From Lama glama (taxonomy: Eukaryota): a stretch of DNA of 64,000 bases. This document shows positions 61,095 to 64,000 of the stretch, in pieces. Numbering within the stretch: the stretch's first letter is position 1; each line of letters opens with the position of its first letter. Where the stretch lies: contig CM052816.1 in assembly GCA_028534125.1 (NCBI GenBank), positions 62,684,001 to 62,748,000 on the forward strand, read 5' to 3'. The notes beneath the pieces are model-generated. The model saw nothing but the letters and a program-made list of their open reading frames with translations, was not told the DNA's origin and did no database searches. The position numbers were made by a program, and so were the translations under genes.

Positions 61095-61555
61095 AGTCCC
61101 ACAGAGAAAACATCAGACCCTGAGGGCTTTACTTGATGAGTTAAAACATCATTAAGTGAAGAAATAATTGCAATATGCAAAACTTGTCTAGACAATAGGA
61201 AAAGAAAGTAGCCTGGTAACAAAGGCGAAAAAGAACAATATGAGAAAGAAATACTACCAGTCAGTCCCATGTGTGAATATAGAGGCAAATTCCTCAACAA
61301 AGCAAACATAATCTAACAATACATTAATGATATCAAAACCAACTAGGCTTTTTTCCAGGAAAGCAGTTTGTATGTTTCACAGTGGAAAATCAATTATTCT
61401 GATTCATCACTTTCGTGGATTAAAGGAGAACATCCTAGCTTATTAACAGATGAGGAAACACGTTTGACTCATTTCACCATCATTCATCACCATTCATTCA
61501 AAAAAAAAAAAAACCAACTCTCTCAAGACACTAGTATTAAAAGGGAACCTTAATA
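61095..61555 (+). mobile_element. Ancient L1 ORF2 (RT region) relic
   Basis: 'cagaccctgagggctttacttgatgag', 'gaatatagaggcaaattcctcaacaaa', 'gaaaatcaattattctgattcatcac'. Confidence 0.7.
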
Positions 61556-61764
61556 GTGATGATTAAATCCTCTCTCTTTGTGTTTGAAAACATCAGTATT
61601 AGCTTCTAGGAGGAAGCAGCTTCTGATTACAGAAGACTTCTCATAAGCAATGGAGGGTGGGAAGAAGACTGCAGAAGAGCAGCATTTGAGTTATGGGAGT
61701 TTTTGCATATTTCCACTAGTCCCACTTGCACTGAGGAGCAGGAGCAGTTTACTCGAAGCTTAAA

Positions 61765-61949
61765 GCTGTGTTTCAAACCTTAGCGTGCATTGGATCATTG
61801 GAGAGGTTGTCAGAGAAGATGGCTATGTTCCCATTGCCTGAGAGTCTGAACTGGTTCTTGTAGATTGAAGCCTGAGAGTTGTCATTTCTAACGAGTTCCC
61901 AGATGATACTGACACTGAATGTTGGGGTACCCAAGTTTGAGAACCTTTG
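61765..61949 (+). mobile_element. MER5A-type hAT-Charlie MITE
   Basis: 'tttcaaaccttagcgtgcattggatca...catttctaacgagttcccagatgatactgac...tttgagaacc'. Confidence 0.8.
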
Positions 61950-62379
61950 GCCTTGAGCAACAGTGAGTGTGATGTTTGGGTTGGAGAGGTGAGGCAATGA
62001 CCATGGTAGCCAACTCTACTAAAAATAAGGAATATATTGGAATTGATAATTTCCTTTGAAGTACTCTGGAGACTTGGGGATGATAGTGATGAACTCAAGG
62101 CTTTAAATTTCCAGCTAAATTTCCATGTATGGGAACTTGTATATTTTAATTCTTTTCTCTGTTTCCCTCCCATTCCCCTCCTGTTTATCATAAGATATAT
62201 TTCTAGTACATTACTTTCAACTTAATATTTAAATTACAGGATATCAAAGAGAGAACATGGCTCAGTTAGAAGAGGAATGGATATCACCCAAAGATTTTGA
62301 GATGAAAGTTATCTATGGTTATATGACAATAGTAATGTTTGGTGAAAGCATGCTTTTGCTTTTTTTTTTTTAATTTGGA

Positions 62380-63750
62380 AAGGACATATAAAAAGAGGTG
62401 TATTTCTCTTTTCACCGTGAATTGTTTGATAGCAAATTTTTTAAAAATTCCAAATGGAATATCTTTTGTTTTGATAATTTTATCAGTAATTTTTAGTTTT
62501 ATTGGATTGCTTGTATGTTTTTATTTTAGGGATTTCCTGATATTTTCTTTGTGACTTAGTATGTGATCATTTTTAAAATAAATGTGTTAGTTTACTTGAG
62601 AGGTTTATTCTCTATCAAAGTATAGAGTTCACTTTAAAATTCCTTTGCTATATGAAGTTTGCATTTTTAACACTTTTAGTCTACTCTTTCATAATTTAGC
62701 CTTCAACTCTCTGTCCCTCTTAAATAGTATCCTTTGATTCTCACCATATTTCTGTGTAACAGGAATAGGCTATTTTCTCCTTTCCTTTTTTATTTTCCCT
62801 TCTCATATTTTTTAAAAAATGTATCAGTTTTACTTTACCAGAACTCAATTGAGCATGTTTTAACAATAAATTATTCTTCAACTCTTGTCCTCACCTTTAT
62901 TTTAATCTAAAATTCATGATTAAACATATATAGTTGACCCTTGAACAATATGGGAGTTAGGGGCACCCACCTTCCCCACAGCAGAAAATTAATATATGAC
63001 TTACAGTCAGCCCTCTGTATACACAGTTCGTCCATATATGTGGTTCCACATCTATGGATTCAACCAATTGTGGGTCATATAGTACTGGGAAAAAAAGTCT
63101 GTGTAAAGTGTATCTGCTCAGTTCAAACCCATGTTGTTCAAAGGTCAAGTGTATATTGGTCTCTGTAAGTCTTGTTTCCAAAGTGGCTCCAGGCATCTCT
63201 TGTTTGGATAAAACTTTTTCTCTTGTGGATACCTCGTGAAGGACTCATGAGAACAGTATCCTTGAGTTCTTAAATTTTTTTTCATAAACTTTATTTTTAA
63301 GAACAGATGGGATGGATATAAATCCTAGGTTCACAATTTATATCTTGGTATTTCTAGATAAAGTTCCTCTGTTGCCTTTCTTTATATATTGCACTGAGAA
63401 ATCTGATGTCAACCTAATTCTCCTGCATTTGTAAGATTTTTGCAGATCTGCTGGAAACTGAGGTTTTTTCTTTCTGTTTAAGTTAAAGAATGTACACAAG
63501 GCATAGATACGTCTAGGTTATGTCTTGGAGTTGAGAATTCCTGGTCAGGTTTCTCAGGTACTTGATAGGTACTCATTGGGCACTTTTATAATTTAGTCTC
63601 TGCTTTTAGAGTGATTTTTTTTCCTTGCATTACTTTTATAAGTTTAATTAACTTTGCTTCATTTCTTGCTTCATTTCTTTTGACCCATTTTCAATCTTAG
63701 TTTTTGAATTTCTGATTCAAGCCCCCCTGCACAAATTCCTAAATGCTATT
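62380..63750 (-). mobile_element. Ancient L1 fragments (ORF1/inter-ORF region), split by a Tigger MITE
   Basis: 'ggatggatataaatcctaggttcac', 'gagaaatctgatgtcaacctaatt'. Confidence 0.55.
62931..63151. mobile_element. Tigger-derived MITE (MER8/Tigger2-like) with TIRs and TA target duplication
   Basis: TIRs 'tagttgacccttgaacaatatggg' / 'cccatgttgttcaaaggtcaagtg', with TA at 62929-62930 and 63152-63153. Confidence 0.9.
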
Positions 63751-63785
63751 TGTGAATATTTAATCCCCAAATAAAGAGGGATGGA

Positions 63786-63841
63786 TGTGTGTGTATGCAT
63801 GTGTATATACATACACATAATATATGTGTGTGTATGAGAGA

Positions 63842-63904
<63 letters not shown>
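63786..63904. repeat. Compound (TG)n/(TA)n microsatellite
   Basis: Directly visible, ending in a long pure (TA)n run at about 63859-63900. Confidence 0.95.
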
Positions 63905-63905
<1 letters not shown>

Positions 63906-64000
63906 TTAGATGTTCTACTATGTATAAATTTTGTCCTTCACTTGGGTTTAGCTTTTGTTACACAAATACATTATATATATTTTTAAACATTTTTTAATTG

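Noticed and set aside
62240..62345. Possible exon 'YQRENMAQLEEEWISPKDFEMK...'
   Set aside because: The acceptor context is weak (aaattacag), the donor is ambiguous and the peptide is unrecognised.
1..64000. CRISPR array, operon or prokaryotic/phage defence system
   Set aside because: The sequence is mammalian, CpG-depleted and repeat-rich, with no regularly spaced repeat-spacer array and no dense coding.

Overview
AT-rich mammalian non-coding DNA, most likely camelid (alpaca/llama/camel). The species call rests on a tRNA-derived SINE of the camelid type at 22337-22450 and on the absence of recognisable Alu, B1/B2, Bov-A/BovB, PRE-1 or CAN SINEs. I could not recognise any host protein-coding exon, RNA gene or CRISPR array. 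Every protein-like ORF in the track that I can assign is decayed LINE-1 ORF1/ORF2, and most others are antisense or chance ORFs. Roughly half of the window is transposon-derived: a two-ended but internally deleted L1 (9139-13475), a four-layer L1 nest (44895-55735), MIR/L2/L3 relics, MaLR/ERVL LTRs, and hAT and Tigger MITEs. There is a 500-N assembly gap at 29296-29795. The long L1s lie on the minus strand, which suggests an intron of a large plus-strand gene (inference). I found no convincing new biological system. The best leads are a TGACA(G)-dense enhancer-like block (57110-57670), a chain of interlocking inverted repeats (41221-41326), a candidate alternative last exon (28481-28795), a weak Gypsy RNase H-like ORF (4055-4558) and several microexon-like splice-site pairs. 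Repeat family names come from remembered consensus sequences and boundaries are approximate unless a TSD or TIR is quoted.
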